Of a stretch of 64,000 nt of DNA, positions 18,919-29,651 are shown in pieces. Positions within the stretch are counted from its first letter, which is position 1. Each line of letters starts with the position of its first letter. Below the pieces are notes generated by a model, which was not told the origin of the DNA, did not search any database, and saw only the letters and a program-made list of their open reading frames with translations. The stretch is from Bacteroidales bacterium. Its GTDB lineage: Bacteria > Bacteroidota > Bacteroidia > Bacteroidales > VadinHA17. The DNA is taken from positions 132,977 to 196,976 of the forward strand of contig DATKMR010000019.1 in assembly GCA_035541795.1 (NCBI GenBank). Direction: 5' to 3'. A program made the position numbers and the translations under genes.

Positions 18919-20556
18919 TTACTTATCAGCCTGCTGCCCCGATCTGACTTCGGGTTGAAGATTATTTTTCTTTTCCGGTTCCTCAACCGGCCGAAGGAAT
19001 ATATCGGAATATTTTGAGGGCCTGATTTTTTCCTGCCAAGTGAAACCCGGAAGCTTCATCTTCTCGGCCGGGCTCAGAAATGGCGGGTCAAGCTTTCCGT
19101 CGGGGTTGTCGATTTCGGTGATCTGCTGAACCTTGCCGTTATCAACCTTTATATCGATTGAAGAGCTTTGATTATGTGTAACCCCGATAAGCTTGTCTTT
19201 ATCTTCAAGATAGTACACAGATTCTCCATTGCCCTTCACGATGATCCTGTAAAGCTTGTTTTCATTGAAAAATCCCGTAAGATTCCTTCCTTTTATCTGG
19301 TTATACCTGATGGAATCGACTTTGCTTGCGATAAATGCCCTGGAATAGAGCTCCAGACGGTCCGTTTTTTTGTTCTTTATCAGGATGGACATCGAATCGG
19401 AGGTAAGCTGGTTTTCGCCCGACCAGATTACCGGACGCCGGTACAACCTGATTATTGAATCCTGGAAAGAGTAAGAAATTGAATCGCATTTCGATTGAAG
19501 TTCCTTACTGAAGATCCTGCAGCCAAAATAGGCACGGACCAGCCTGAAAGGTTTGGCTGAGTCTATTTTTACCGTCACAGCCGTGATAGTATCTGAATGA
19601 AGGTACAAAGAGTCGCTGTCGGATACCTGGATGAAAACGGCCCTCCTTGTAACAAAGAAATCTTCCGGGGTTTTGTGATACCTGGCATAATCACCGCCAA
19701 TCATAATATTATTGGTAGTATCGCTGATCATTATATTTCCGAAGGCTTCACCGAACCCATTCTTCTTCTCGTAATAAAGTGAATCACCTTTGAGAATCTG
19801 CTGCCTGTTATTGATAAGGGATTTTTTCCAAAGCCTTGAGACATCATTCTTTGTATCGTACCAGCCTTTCTCGCAGTAAATATACAAGCTGTCTCCCTTA
19901 ACCTCCGAAGGGCCAAAAAAGAATACAGTTTCAGTTTTGGTGTTATAATCCATCGTATCGGCTGTCATTACGTATTCAGGATTGGTAATTATAATACTGT
20001 CCTTGAAATGAAACAGCGCATCAGTCACATTATAAATTCCCCTCCGGCTTTTAAGCTTGTTCTTCCCGTTTGTAATTGTTCCAGTCTCATTGTACCACGC
20101 TATCTTCTGGGCAACATCATAGGTTATTGACTTCGTCGCCAGGTGAGTCTCCTTATCTATCAGCTCTACGTTGCCCTCTATATCGGCTTTTTGATCATTG
20201 TCATCATAAAACAGGTAATTCCCATACAGATTCAGCGTGTCACCCTGCTGAATGTGAACCCTGCTGAAGGCCTTCAGCTGGCTTGCTTTCTGGAAGAAAT
20301 AGGCGCTGTCGCAGGTCATTACACTCTGGTCCTGGCTGAATGCCACATGACCGACGACCTTCACAACATCTTTTCCCAGATTACTGACAGGCTCATACGA
20401 GTCAGCATAAATGAGATGCACTTTTTTCCTGTGCTTTTTGGGAGTCTCCTGGGATGAAGAAAAGAAATCGGCAAAAATAATCAGTCCCGCCGCCACTAAA
20501 AGGAACCTTGCGGCGGGCATCAATGAGTTCCACTTCTTCCTGACTATTTCAGCCAT
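18919..20556 (-). CDS. OstA-like / LptD-N-terminal-like periplasmic protein
   Basis: 545 aa with an N-terminal anchor and repetitive beta-rich segments (DSLYI/DSLYY/DSLYL repeats). Its position downstream of surA-type PPIases is typical of Bacteroidota OstA-like genes. Confidence 0.55.
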   Translation of the reverse strand: MAEIVRKKWNSLMPAARFLLVAAGLIIFADFFSSSQETPKKHRKKVHLIYADSYEPVSNLGKDVVKVVGHVAFSQDQSVMTCDSAYFFQKASQLKAFSRVHIQQGDTLNLYGNYLFYDDNDQKADIEGNVELIDKETHLATKSITYDVAQKIAWYNETGTITNGKNKLKSRRGIYNVTDALFHFKDSIIITNPEYVMTADTMDYNTKTETVFFFGPSEVKGDSLYIYCEKGWYDTKNDVSRLWKKSLINNRQQILKGDSLYYEKKNGFGEAFGNIMISDTTNNIMIGGDYARYHKTPEDFFVTRRAVFIQVSDSDSLYLHSDTITAVTVKIDSAKPFRLVRAYFGCRIFSKELQSKCDSISYSFQDSIIRLYRRPVIWSGENQLTSDSMSILIKNKKTDRLELYSRAFIASKVDSIRYNQIKGRNLTGFFNENKLYRIIVKGNGESVYYLEDKDKLIGVTHNQSSSIDIKVDNGKVQQITEIDNPDGKLDPPFLSPAEKMKLPGFTWQEKIRPSKYSDIFLRPVEEPEKKNNLQPEVRSGQQADK

Positions 20557-21902
20557 CCTTTGTTAGCAAACGGGCAAGTCTTGAATTCGTCGCTCACCTT
20601 AATATAGGTGATACCAATCTTCTTCGCTATCCATTCCTCATAATACTTGCTTCTCTTCTGCTGGAGAGCGGCATTGTACAGAAGCTCGTAATCAGTCTTG
20701 AAATCAGCAATATGAGCAGGGGTCTGGTTGTCGAGCCGGACGATCCTGAATACAGTATTTCCGTTCTCATCGGTTGTTTTGAATGGTGGCGAAATCTCGC
20801 CGACCTTCAGATCCCTTACCATAACATATGTTTCCTTGTCGAGGTCATCGAGCAAGAGCATTGTAACCCGGGAAGAAGGGTCGTTCTTCACAAGCTTACC
20901 CCCGTTAATCCTGCTGTCCTTGTGGGATGAGAAAATAATGGCGGCTTTGGCAAATTTAATACTGTCCCTCCTGATCATTGTGGCTATGCTGTCGAGCCTG
21001 TTTATAGCTTTCTCAGTTTCCTCGGGCTTAACCTTCGGCCTGATAAGTATATGCCTTACATTGGCCATATCGCCCATCCTGTCAATCATCTGAATGATAT
21101 GGAACCCGTATCTTGTTTCGACAATCTTCGAAACGCCGTTCTTGTTCAGGCTGAAGGCAGCATCTGCAAAAGGCTTCTCAAGGCTGCCTCTGGCAACAAA
21201 CCCGAGTTCGCCTCCTCTTTTGGCTGTTTCCGGATCCTCTGAATAAAGAACGGCCAGGGCCGAGAAGTTTTCACCTGCAATAATCCTGCTCCTTAGGTTA
21301 AGAAGTTTCTGGCGGGCCTCCGCCTTGTTGGCTTCAAGATCAGGAGGATCGAGCTGAATAATGCTAAGCTCCACCATGGCGGGTATTTTGGGAATGCTGT
21401 CTTTCGGCAGGCTGTTATAGTATTTCTTGATATCAGCCGGGGTTATCTGAATATTTTCCGTGATCTTTTCCTGCACCTGGCTTATTGTTTCCTGCTCCAG
21501 CATTGATTTCCTCAGGTCTGCCCTTATTTCTACCATGCTTTTCTTAAAGTAGTCCTCCAGCGCTTTTTCTGATCCTGCCCTCGCCACGTAATTGTTCATT
21601 GTTGCCGTAAGTCTCGAATCTACAGTGGCTTCCGAAGTCTTTATACTGTCGATCCTGGCCTGGTCGAGGAATAGCTTATTAACAAGTTCACTCTCAAAGA
21701 TTTTACAGCGCAGCGTGCTCATGGGAGTCTTGTTCCCGCTGGCAACTTCCTGAACCACACCGGTCTCCACATTTGAAAGGTATATAACCTCATTCCCCGC
21801 AATACCTGCTACAGATTCAATCAGGGTCTGTGCATATGTCATCTGACCGGTAAGCAGCATAGCCATAAAAGGCAGGATCCATTTTCCCGAGCTTTGTTTC
21901 AT
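20544..21902 (-). CDS. surA: Peptidyl-prolyl isomerase, SurA-like chaperone
   Basis: Signal peptide, a SurA N-terminal-like region, and a parvulin domain (...GGELGFVARGSLEKPFADAAFSL...YGFHIIQMIDR). Confidence 0.8.
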   Translation of the reverse strand: MKQSSGKWILPFMAMLLTGQMTYAQTLIESVAGIAGNEVIYLSNVETGVVQEVASGNKTPMSTLRCKIFESELVNKLFLDQARIDSIKTSEATVDSRLTATMNNYVARAGSEKALEDYFKKSMVEIRADLRKSMLEQETISQVQEKITENIQITPADIKKYYNSLPKDSIPKIPAMVELSIIQLDPPDLEANKAEARQKLLNLRSRIIAGENFSALAVLYSEDPETAKRGGELGFVARGSLEKPFADAAFSLNKNGVSKIVETRYGFHIIQMIDRMGDMANVRHILIRPKVKPEETEKAINRLDSIATMIRRDSIKFAKAAIIFSSHKDSRINGGKLVKNDPSSRVTMLLLDDLDKETYVMVRDLKVGEISPPFKTTDENGNTVFRIVRLDNQTPAHIADFKTDYELLYNAALQQKRSKYYEEWIAKKIGITYIKVSDEFKTCPFANKGWLK

Positions 21903-21903
21903 A

Positions 21904-22752
21904 TCAGTAAGTCTTAAAAATATTAGCTTTCAATCCGTCATTATATATCCCGTTCTCAAGATTCTGAAGGAATTCAAATCTCCTGTTGTTCAGGATTATG
22001 CTTTTAATATCATTTTTAACATATTCGTAAGGGGCGAGGGAATACCTCAGCCGGTAATCACGGAACGTGATAAGGTACACCGAGGATGAATCCTTTGTCT
22101 CGAACCACTGGTTGTACCTGAGAAATTCATCCTGGTTAACAATGTCCATCGGCAATTCCACGGCAAGCCTGCTCATTGCCACCCATTCTTCGTTGAAATC
22201 ATCAAACTTCTCTGCGAACTGGTAACACATCTTTTCAAGCTGCTGCAGGTCCTTTTGCTGTGTTGAACGTGACAGTTGCCTGATCTTGTCAAGATTTGGG
22301 ACCTCCAGCGGGAGCTTGATAAATAGTGCCTTTACAATATTTGTGTTTAATGTGAACTTCTTTTCGTTCGTGGCATAATAGCTTTCCATGTCCTCCCCGG
22401 TAACGGTAGTATCCATTTTTTCTTCCATCAGCTGGCGCTGGTACTGGTAGATGAACAGATTATCCCTTGTTTCCTGGAGCTGGTTCTCAATTTCACTCTT
22501 GTAATCATCAGTAAGGTTTTCTTCCGCCTTAAGGAACAATAGTTCTTTTTTAGCCCAGCTGTTTATATAATTCTGTATTATTGTGGTGCTGTCGGCTGAA
22601 GATATTCCAGGTTTGATCAGCTTGGGAATCTGATCGAAATAAAGCATCTTGTTGCCTACTGATGCAACTTTGATGCGATTCTGCTCGTGGTGCTTTTTCG
22701 CGCATCCGGTAAGCAGGAAAACCATTAACATGAATGTTGCTGCCTTATTCAT
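21904..22752 (-). CDS. Hypothetical lipoprotein (SurA-N-like chaperone domain?)
   Basis: Lipobox in MNKAATFMLMVFLLTGC. The start chosen at 22752 overlaps the upstream stop (ATGAATAA). I recognise no catalytic motif. Confidence 0.5.
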   Translation of the reverse strand: MNKAATFMLMVFLLTGCAKKHHEQNRIKVASVGNKMLYFDQIPKLIKPGISSADSTTIIQNYINSWAKKELLFLKAEENLTDDYKSEIENQLQETRDNLFIYQYQRQLMEEKMDTTVTGEDMESYYATNEKKFTLNTNIVKALFIKLPLEVPNLDKIRQLSRSTQQKDLQQLEKMCYQFAEKFDDFNEEWVAMSRLAVELPMDIVNQDEFLRYNQWFETKDSSSVYLITFRDYRLRYSLAPYEYVKNDIKSIILNNRRFEFLQNLENGIYNDGLKANIFKTY

Positions 22753-24709
22753 TTGCCAGTTTCTTTCTGATCTCTTCAAAAACGATCTTATCAATTTTAA
22801 CGCTGTACTTCTCCTTTAATTGCCCGATCCAGGTCTTTTCAAGGTACTCCTGGTACGGTGCCGCAAGGTCATTCCTGACAGCGGAAAAAGGTTCAGGTGT
22901 TGCAGGGTTTAACTTTTCAACAACGACAAGTACGGGAAAACCGCCAGAAGATGCTTCATAAACCCCGGGAACCAGGCCTGTTTCATCAATCAGACCGTTT
23001 TGTCCCTTTTCCCATGTTCCCTTACTGACCGTAAGCAAGGTGTCTTTTCCTGTATTGAATTTCTGAAGCAGCTTGTCGTCCCTGTCGGCCCCGGTGTTTA
23101 GCCTGGTATATGACGAATGGAGCTTTTTCATACCGTCCCTGATCCTTAGCTTGTACAATGATGCCTCGGCAGAAGGCTTTGTCATGAATTCAGACTTTCT
23201 CTCTTCGTAATACTTCCTCAGGCCCGTTGAATCATCCTGTGATTTGTTCCAGACTTTGCTGCCTGAAATATTGAAAAGCAGTATGCCATCGTGAAATTCG
23301 CCCATCAGGTACCTGAATTCAGGATATTTTATCTCAAGCCTTGCATTCTCATAAGCGGCTATCTGGTCGGCAGCTATTGCATCTATCGTTTTATTTATAA
23401 AAGCTGCAGGATCGGTAGTATTAATCATCGACCCCCGCTTCTCAATATGATTTGCAAGTTCCGCTGCGGAATATTTCTCTCCTGAAAATGAATAGACGAT
23501 ACCCTTCGGCAGGGCAGATCGGTCATATTTCCCGGTTCCCCTTATGATAAGTGTATCGGTATGTTCGATGAACCAGCTAACCACTTCATTGTTAAGCCTG
23601 AAGCTGTATTCTTTTTTAAGTTTTTCTATAAATGATTTCCTGCTGATGGAGTACAGGTATGACTCGTTCATCCTGCTTTCGAGCCAGGGCCTCATCTCAT
23701 CATATGTTCCGGGAGGTTTCCTGTCGATCCTCCTGATGATATGCCAGCCATAGGGCGTTTTTACCGGGGCCGATATATCACCGTTTTTCTTCAGGCTGAA
23801 AGCTGCCTCCGCAAAATCGCTGATAACCTCGCCTGTGCCGAACCAGTTAAGTTCCCCTCCCTGAGAGGCTGATTCCCTGTGATCGGAATACCTTGCTGCC
23901 ATATCGGAGAATGACGCACCTGCCAAAAGCTTGCTGTAAACTGCATAGATTGTGTCCCTGGCATCTTTTTCAGCCTTTGGAGATGACCCCGGAGGGATAG
24001 TCTTCATTATATGAGCCACCTTGATCTTCCCGCCCGAGGGTCTCCGGTCGGTGACCTTTATAATGTGATAACCATAAGGTGTTCTTACAGGTTCGGATAG
24101 CTCACCTTTCCTGAGCCTGTATGCAGCATCTTCAAAAGGCATGATAATCTGGAATGCAGTGAAATAGCCCAGGTTGCCCCCGTTGATTTTTACAGAAGGG
24201 TCGTCGGAGCTGCTCCTTGCAACCTGCTCAAATGGCTCGCCCGACAGGATCCTCTGCCTTATATCCCTGGCTCTTTTCAGCGCCTTAAGAGTGTCGGAAG
24301 GAAGTGCCTCCGGCTTTACTGCAACAAGTATATGCCAGCATTTCAGCTCGACAAGCGACCTCTGGTACGCCTGCTTTAAAAGTTTTTCCCGGGTATCGGG
24401 ATCGGAAAGATAATTCCTGGCAAGCTGGTTCCTGTATCCTGCCAGTTCGGTCCTGAAAGCACGGGAAGTGTCGTATCCGTTGTGAATGGCATCGGCAACC
24501 TTGAGCTTGAAGCTGACAAACTGGTCGAGATAAGAGTCGAGGTCCTTCAGGTTGCCCGGGATATTGCTTTTCCTGTACATCCTGATGAATTCGCCGGCTG
24601 TTACATCCCTTCCGTCAACCGACATGAGGACCCTGTCGGCAATATCCTGTGCAGAAATTGCTGAAAATAGAGAAAACAGGAGAAATACTGCCGGAAGGCG
24701 TGGATTCAT
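22745..24709 (-). CDS. Peptidyl-prolyl isomerase with two parvulin domains (PpiD/SurA-like)
   Basis: Two PPIC-type domains (GGNLGYFTAFQ...YGYHIIKVTDR and GGELNWFGTGE...YGWHIIRRIDR). The likely start is MNPRLPAVFLLF (signal peptide). Confidence 0.8.
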   Translation of the reverse strand: MNPRLPAVFLLFSLFSAISAQDIADRVLMSVDGRDVTAGEFIRMYRKSNIPGNLKDLDSYLDQFVSFKLKVADAIHNGYDTSRAFRTELAGYRNQLARNYLSDPDTREKLLKQAYQRSLVELKCWHILVAVKPEALPSDTLKALKRARDIRQRILSGEPFEQVARSSSDDPSVKINGGNLGYFTAFQIIMPFEDAAYRLRKGELSEPVRTPYGYHIIKVTDRRPSGGKIKVAHIMKTIPPGSSPKAEKDARDTIYAVYSKLLAGASFSDMAARYSDHRESASQGGELNWFGTGEVISDFAEAAFSLKKNGDISAPVKTPYGWHIIRRIDRKPPGTYDEMRPWLESRMNESYLYSISRKSFIEKLKKEYSFRLNNEVVSWFIEHTDTLIIRGTGKYDRSALPKGIVYSFSGEKYSAAELANHIEKRGSMINTTDPAAFINKTIDAIAADQIAAYENARLEIKYPEFRYLMGEFHDGILLFNISGSKVWNKSQDDSTGLRKYYEERKSEFMTKPSAEASLYKLRIRDGMKKLHSSYTRLNTGADRDDKLLQKFNTGKDTLLTVSKGTWEKGQNGLIDETGLVPGVYEASSGGFPVLVVVEKLNPATPEPFSAVRNDLAAPYQEYLEKTWIGQLKEKYSVKIDKIVFEEIRKKLANE

Positions 24710-24728
24710 CTGTTGTTCCTGAAAGATA

Positions 24729-26210
24729 TTATTCAAATGATTTCCTCGAATAATTTGGAGCCTCCCTGGTTATTGTAACGTCGTGGGGGTGGCTTTCAAT
24801 GATACCGGAGTTGGTGATCCTTACAAACCTGGCCTCCTTCTTAAGTGTCTCGATGTTACCGGCGCCGAGGTAGCCCATCCCCGCACGAAGACCTCCTGTC
24901 ATCTGGTATATCACCTCCGACAGCGATCCTTTGTAAGGAACCCTGGCTTCAATACCCTCGGGTACCAGTTTCTTTATATCATCTTCAACATCCTGGAAAT
25001 ACCTGTCTTTAGAACCCATCTGCATGGCTTCAATCGAACCCATCCCCCTGTAAGTCTTGAATTTTCTGCCGTTATAGATAATTGTTTCACCGGGGGATTC
25101 CTCGACGCCGGCAAAAAGCGACCCTGCCATTATGGAATCGGCACCTGCTGCAATAGCCTTGATAATATCGCCCGAATAACGGATTCCTCCGTCGGCGATT
25201 ACAGGTATGCCTGAACCTTCAAGTGCCTTGGCAACGTTATAAATTGCGGTTAACTGAGGTATGCCCACGCCGGCTACTATCCTCGTTGTGCAGATCGATC
25301 CGGGACCGATACCTACTTTTACACCGTCGGCTCCTTCCTTGACGAGCCGCTTGGCTGCCTCTGATGTTCCAATGTTTCCTGCAACAACATCAACACCTGG
25401 ATAATTTTTCTTTATCTCTTTCAGGAAGTGGATCACATTTTTTGTATGCCCGTGCGCCGTGTCAATTACGATTGCATCCACGTTAGCATTTACAAGGGAT
25501 TCGGCCCGCTCGAGCGTATCTGCAGCAATTCCCACTGCTGCGGCTACCATCAGGCGTCCCTTGTCGTCCTTGCAGGAATTTGGACGATCCTTTGTCTTGG
25601 TAATATCCTTGTATGTGATAAGACCGATAAGCTTGCCTGTTTCATCCACGATAGGAAGCTTCTCAATCTTGTGTTTTTGAAGTATTCTGGCTGCAGATTC
25701 AAGGTTGGACTGGTGATCGGTGGTTATCAGGTTTGTTGTCATCACCTGTGAAATCTTCCTTGACGCATTGCTCTCAAAACGAAGGTCCCTGTTGGTAACA
25801 ATTCCTTTCAGAATGCCGTTTTTGTCCACTACCGGTATACCTCCGATCCTGTACTCTTTCATCAGGTTCAGAGCCTCCGCAACAGTGGCGTCGGGATGGA
25901 TTGTCACAGGATCGTATATCATTACGTTTTCAGCCCTCTTCACCTTCTTTACCTGTGATGCCTGCTTCTCGATGGTCATATTCTTGTGAATGACCCCGAT
26001 CCCGCCTTCCCTTGCGATAGAAATAGCAAGCTCAGCTTCCGTTACGGTGTCCATGGCAGCAGAAACGACAGGGGTGTTGAGCCTGATATTTCTTGAAAAC
26101 AAGGTGCTTATGTCTACTTCCCTGGGGAGAACTTCGGAATATGAAGGAATCAGAAGAACATCATCAAAAGTCAGTCCTTCAAAGAGTATTTTATCATTAA
26201 TAAAAGACAT
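24729..26210 (-). CDS. guaB: IMP dehydrogenase
   Basis: N-terminus [27 protein letters not shown], a CBS pair, and the catalytic loop [11 protein letters not shown]. The upstream ORF extension is not conserved-looking. Confidence 0.96.
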   Translation of the reverse strand: MSFINDKILFEGLTFDDVLLIPSYSEVLPREVDISTLFSRNIRLNTPVVSAAMDTVTEAELAISIAREGGIGVIHKNMTIEKQASQVKKVKRAENVMIYDPVTIHPDATVAEALNLMKEYRIGGIPVVDKNGILKGIVTNRDLRFESNASRKISQVMTTNLITTDHQSNLESAARILQKHKIEKLPIVDETGKLIGLITYKDITKTKDRPNSCKDDKGRLMVAAAVGIAADTLERAESLVNANVDAIVIDTAHGHTKNVIHFLKEIKKNYPGVDVVAGNIGTSEAAKRLVKEGADGVKVGIGPGSICTTRIVAGVGIPQLTAIYNVAKALEGSGIPVIADGGIRYSGDIIKAIAAGADSIMAGSLFAGVEESPGETIIYNGRKFKTYRGMGSIEAMQMGSKDRYFQDVEDDIKKLVPEGIEARVPYKGSLSEVIYQMTGGLRAGMGYLGAGNIETLKKEARFVRITNSGIIESHPHDVTITREAPNYSRKSFE

Positions 26211-26313
26211 GGGTGCTGGCTTTAAATTTGAGCCGCAAATTACACAAAAAAACGGTACTCTTAAAAGAGTATCCTTTTTATTTTTAACCCGTTCTAAATT
26301 CAAATAGTGTTGT

Positions 26314-26321
26314 TATTTTTG
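26314..26321 (+). promoter_or_regulatory. Putative -7 promoter box TATTTTTG for recQ
   Basis: Exact TAnnTTTG match in the divergent guaB/recQ spacer, about 70 nt upstream of the GTG start. Confidence 0.4.
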
Positions 26322-26392
26322 CAGAAGTGCGAATTCCGGATTTCAACTTATCCACGTAAGTGTCCTGAATAAAAAATCAAAACTGCAAGGCC

Positions 26393-28300
26393 GTGAATCT
26401 CGAAAAATATAAAACGACCCTGACAAAATACTGGGGCTTCACATCATTCAGGCCGCTGCAGGAGGAGATAATCAGTTCGGTTGCTGAGGGAAGGGATACA
26501 CTCGGGCTCCTGCCCACGGGCGGCGGAAAATCGATAACCTTCCAGGTACCGGGTCTTGTTAATGATGGCATCTGCGTTGTAATTACGCCTCTTATTGCCC
26601 TCATGAAAGAACAGGTCGAAAGACTCGTCGGCATGAATATAAAGGCGATAGCTATCCATTCAGGGATGTCGGCAGAAGAGATTGAAATCGCTCTTGAGAA
26701 CTGTATTTACGGGGATTTTAAATTCCTGTATCTCTCACCGGAACGGATATCAACGCCGCTGTTCAGGGCAAAGGCAATAAGGCTGAATGTCAGTCTTGTA
26801 GCCGTCGATGAAGCACATTGCATCTCCCAGTGGGGGTATGATTTCAGGCCGTCCTATCTGAAGATAAGGTTGCTGCGGGAGCTGCTTCCCGAAAAGGTGC
26901 CTTTCCTTGCTCTCACGGCTTCAGCTACGCCGGCGGTTGCAGATGATATCATAAAACAGCTTGGCTTCAGGGAGCGTAATATTTTACGGACAAGCTTCGA
27001 AAGGAAGAACATCTCATACCTGGTCAGAAAAACCGAAGACAAGAACACCTACGTGCTCGCCACGCTGAAGAAAACACCCGGGTGCGGCATAATATATGTC
27101 AGGAGCAGGAAGAAAAGCAGGGAGATTGCCGAGTTTCTGGTTTCAGGCGGACTGAGCGCCGATTATTACCATGCCGGGCTGCAGCAGGAAGTCAGGGACA
27201 GGAAACAGCAGGCATGGAACAGGGGAGAGACAAGGATAATTGTGGCTACAAATGCTTTCGGAATGGGAATCGACAAACCTGATGTGCGATTCGTAATACA
27301 CTGGGATATCCCTGATTGCATCGAATCATACTTTCAGGAGAGCGGCCGTGCAGGCAGGGACAACAAGCCATCCTATTCGGTCCTGCTATATTCCGAGGCA
27401 GATAAATCAAGACTCGCTGACTCCGCCCGGCAAAAATTTCCGGATACTGACAGGATCAAGGATGTGTATGATGCCATCTGCAACTACTTCCAGGTTCCGG
27501 TTGGGGCGGGCCGCGACAGCATTTTCGACTTCAGCATGGAGGATTTTGTCGCTAAGTTCAGACTGCCTGTCAATGAAACCTTTAACAGCCTCCAGTTTCT
27601 GCAGCGTGAAGGTTATCTTGAGTTCACCGATGAAATAAACAATCCTTCGAGGGTTCACTTTAGGGTGGGACGTGATGACCTTTACAAGTTCCAGGTTGCG
27701 AATGAGACATACGATAGTTTCATCAAGCTTCTCCTGAGATCTTATACGGGTATGTTTACGGAGTTTGTCGCTGTAAACGAGGAAGTCCTGGCACGTAAAT
27801 CAGGTATGTCGAGGGATTCCGTCTATCAGTACCTGCTGCGGCTTTCCGCACAGAACATTATCAGATATATCCCGGGCAAGAAAACCCCGCTGGTAATTTT
27901 TACCGAGGAACGTCTCGACAGGAAATCCATCCTTATCTCTCCGGAAAATCACCTCCATGTAAAGGAGAAGTACATTTTCAGGCTAGAAAAAATGATAGAA
28001 TACGCTGAGTCTGTCAACCGCTGCAGATCGCAGCTCCTGCTTGGATATTTCGGAGAGGAGTCTGACAGGTGCGGGATTTGCGATATCTGCCGCGAACGTA
28101 ATGAACTCGACATGAGTAAATACGAGTTTGACCTGGTACTGGGGGAAATAAAGGAAACCCTGACTTCCTCGGACCATAGCATGGAAAGCCTGGTAAAGGC
28201 GATCTCTTTTCCGCCTGAAAAAGTAATCAGGGTCGTGAGGTGGCTGCTTGATCATAACAAAATCATCAGTGATGACGATCTTAAGCTTCACTGGAAATAA
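26393..28300 (+). CDS. recQ: ATP-dependent DNA helicase RecQ
   Basis: Motif I TGGGKS, DEAH box VAVDEAHC, Zn-binding cysteines (C..CGICDIC), and winged-helix plus HRDC-like C-terminal regions. Confidence 0.93.
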   Translation: MNLEKYKTTLTKYWGFTSFRPLQEEIISSVAEGRDTLGLLPTGGGKSITFQVPGLVNDGICVVITPLIALMKEQVERLVGMNIKAIAIHSGMSAEEIEIALENCIYGDFKFLYLSPERISTPLFRAKAIRLNVSLVAVDEAHCISQWGYDFRPSYLKIRLLRELLPEKVPFLALTASATPAVADDIIKQLGFRERNILRTSFERKNISYLVRKTEDKNTYVLATLKKTPGCGIIYVRSRKKSREIAEFLVSGGLSADYYHAGLQQEVRDRKQQAWNRGETRIIVATNAFGMGIDKPDVRFVIHWDIPDCIESYFQESGRAGRDNKPSYSVLLYSEADKSRLADSARQKFPDTDRIKDVYDAICNYFQVPVGAGRDSIFDFSMEDFVAKFRLPVNETFNSLQFLQREGYLEFTDEINNPSRVHFRVGRDDLYKFQVANETYDSFIKLLLRSYTGMFTEFVAVNEEVLARKSGMSRDSVYQYLLRLSAQNIIRYIPGKKTPLVIFTEERLDRKSILISPENHLHVKEKYIFRLEKMIEYAESVNRCRSQLLLGYFGEESDRCGICDICRERNELDMSKYEFDLVLGEIKETLTSSDHSMESLVKAISFPPEKVIRVVRWLLDHNKIISDDDLKLHWK

Positions 28301-28369
28301 TTACCCGTTTTGAGGCTACCCGGATTACATTTCGCCTGAGCAAATTCCACTCATGGCTCAAAAAAAACC

Positions 28370-28377
28370 TATTTTTG
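28370..28377 (+). promoter_or_regulatory. Putative -7 promoter box TATTTTTG
   Basis: Exact TAnnTTTG match 17 nt before the ATG at 28394, which implies a very short leader. Confidence 0.4.
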
Positions 28378-28393
28378 CATTCAAATAACATTT

Positions 28394-29017
28394 ATGAAAG
28401 AGACAGGGAAGCTTGTTTATTCTGTTCATGTGGTCGAGTTCACGGCAATGGCAACCGAGTATTGCAAATATGCAGAGCATGCATCTGAACTGAAGGGATC
28501 GGAGCTGCTGAATATCATGCAGCGTTTCCTTCCGTTGCTCTATCACAAGGCCGCCATGCTCCCCCATACTGAACCTTTCTTTGAAGACGGGAATGAAAAA
28601 TTTGTGACCGAACAGGACTGGAACAATATTCACGAAAAGTTCAAAACAGCTTTTGGCAGCGCAAATGACTATCTTGAGCTTCTCGACGATCCCGCATCAG
28701 GCGACGAAGGAACGATTGCAGCTGAGATTGCAGAAGATCTTTCTGATGTTTACCAGGACATGAAGAATTTTGTACTGCTTTACCAGACAGGTACTGAAGA
28801 GGTTATGAATGATGCGATTTGGGAATGCAGGCTTAACTTCGAGAATTACTGGGGTGTGAGGCTTCTTAATTCACTCAGGGCAATTCACAGATTTCTTGTT
28901 TCCGGCAAAGAAACTGACGAGCCGGGTGAGGAAGTGAGGAATGAGGAAGAAAAGAACCATACCGACTGGTTCATCTCCAAAAGACAAAGGGAATTCAGGG
29001 GAGGCAATGAAAACTGA
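28394..29017 (+). CDS. Acidic hypothetical protein, DUF5063-like
   Basis: 207-aa acidic helical protein. I recall DUF5063 genes sitting next to 3'-5' exonuclease genes in Bacteroidales. The family assignment is from memory and not verified. Confidence 0.45.
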   Translation: MKETGKLVYSVHVVEFTAMATEYCKYAEHASELKGSELLNIMQRFLPLLYHKAAMLPHTEPFFEDGNEKFVTEQDWNNIHEKFKTAFGSANDYLELLDDPASGDEGTIAAEIAEDLSDVYQDMKNFVLLYQTGTEEVMNDAIWECRLNFENYWGVRLLNSLRAIHRFLVSGKETDEPGEEVRNEEEKNHTDWFISKRQREFRGGNEN

Positions 29018-29630
29018 TTTCCTTCCCGATATATCCCACGAGGAGATCAGGAATCTCGAACTTCGTTCTTTCCCGGGTGAGATCGTAGTAGTGGAAAACT
29101 TGACCGATTATCACAAGGTAATTTCCAGGCTTGAAAAACAGGAGATGCTGGGATTTGATACCGAAACCAAACCTTCATTCAGGAAAGGCAGGAAAAACAA
29201 GGTGTCGCTCCTTCAGCTTTCAGATGAAAAAACTGCCTATTTGTTCCGCATAAATAAAATCGGGATACCCGACGAACTTAAGAAAATTCTCTGCAGCAGG
29301 GAAAAAACAAAGATCGGCGTCGCGATACACGATGACCTGAGATTCCTGGGACATATCAGCAGGCTTCAGCCGGAAGGATTTGTCGACCTGCAGAAATTTG
29401 TCAGGGAGTTTGGAATAGAGAGCGCGGGCCTGAAAAAGCTTGTTGCGATTGTACTGGGATTCAGGATTTCAAAAAGCCAGCAGGTTACTGACTGGGAAGC
29501 ACCGGTGCTGTCAGAAGCCCAGATCGCATATGCTGCAACCGATGCCTGGGTGTGTCTCGAGATTTACAGGAAGCTCGTGGAGCATAAAAAAGCCGGTGAA
29601 GGGAAATCTCCCGGCCCTGACCACAGATGA
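29007..29630 (+). CDS. 3'-5' exonuclease, DEDDy (RNase D / WRN-exo-like)
   Basis: Exo I GFDTETKP, Exo II VAIHDDLRFL, Exo III YAATDAWVCLEIY. The start at 29007 overlaps the upstream stop (ATGAAAACTGA). Confidence 0.85.
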   Translation: MKTDFLPDISHEEIRNLELRSFPGEIVVVENLTDYHKVISRLEKQEMLGFDTETKPSFRKGRKNKVSLLQLSDEKTAYLFRINKIGIPDELKKILCSREKTKIGVAIHDDLRFLGHISRLQPEGFVDLQKFVREFGIESAGLKKLVAIVLGFRISKSQQVTDWEAPVLSEAQIAYAATDAWVCLEIYRKLVEHKKAGEGKSPGPDHR

Positions 29631-29651
29631 TTTAAATAAAACCAGGATAAA

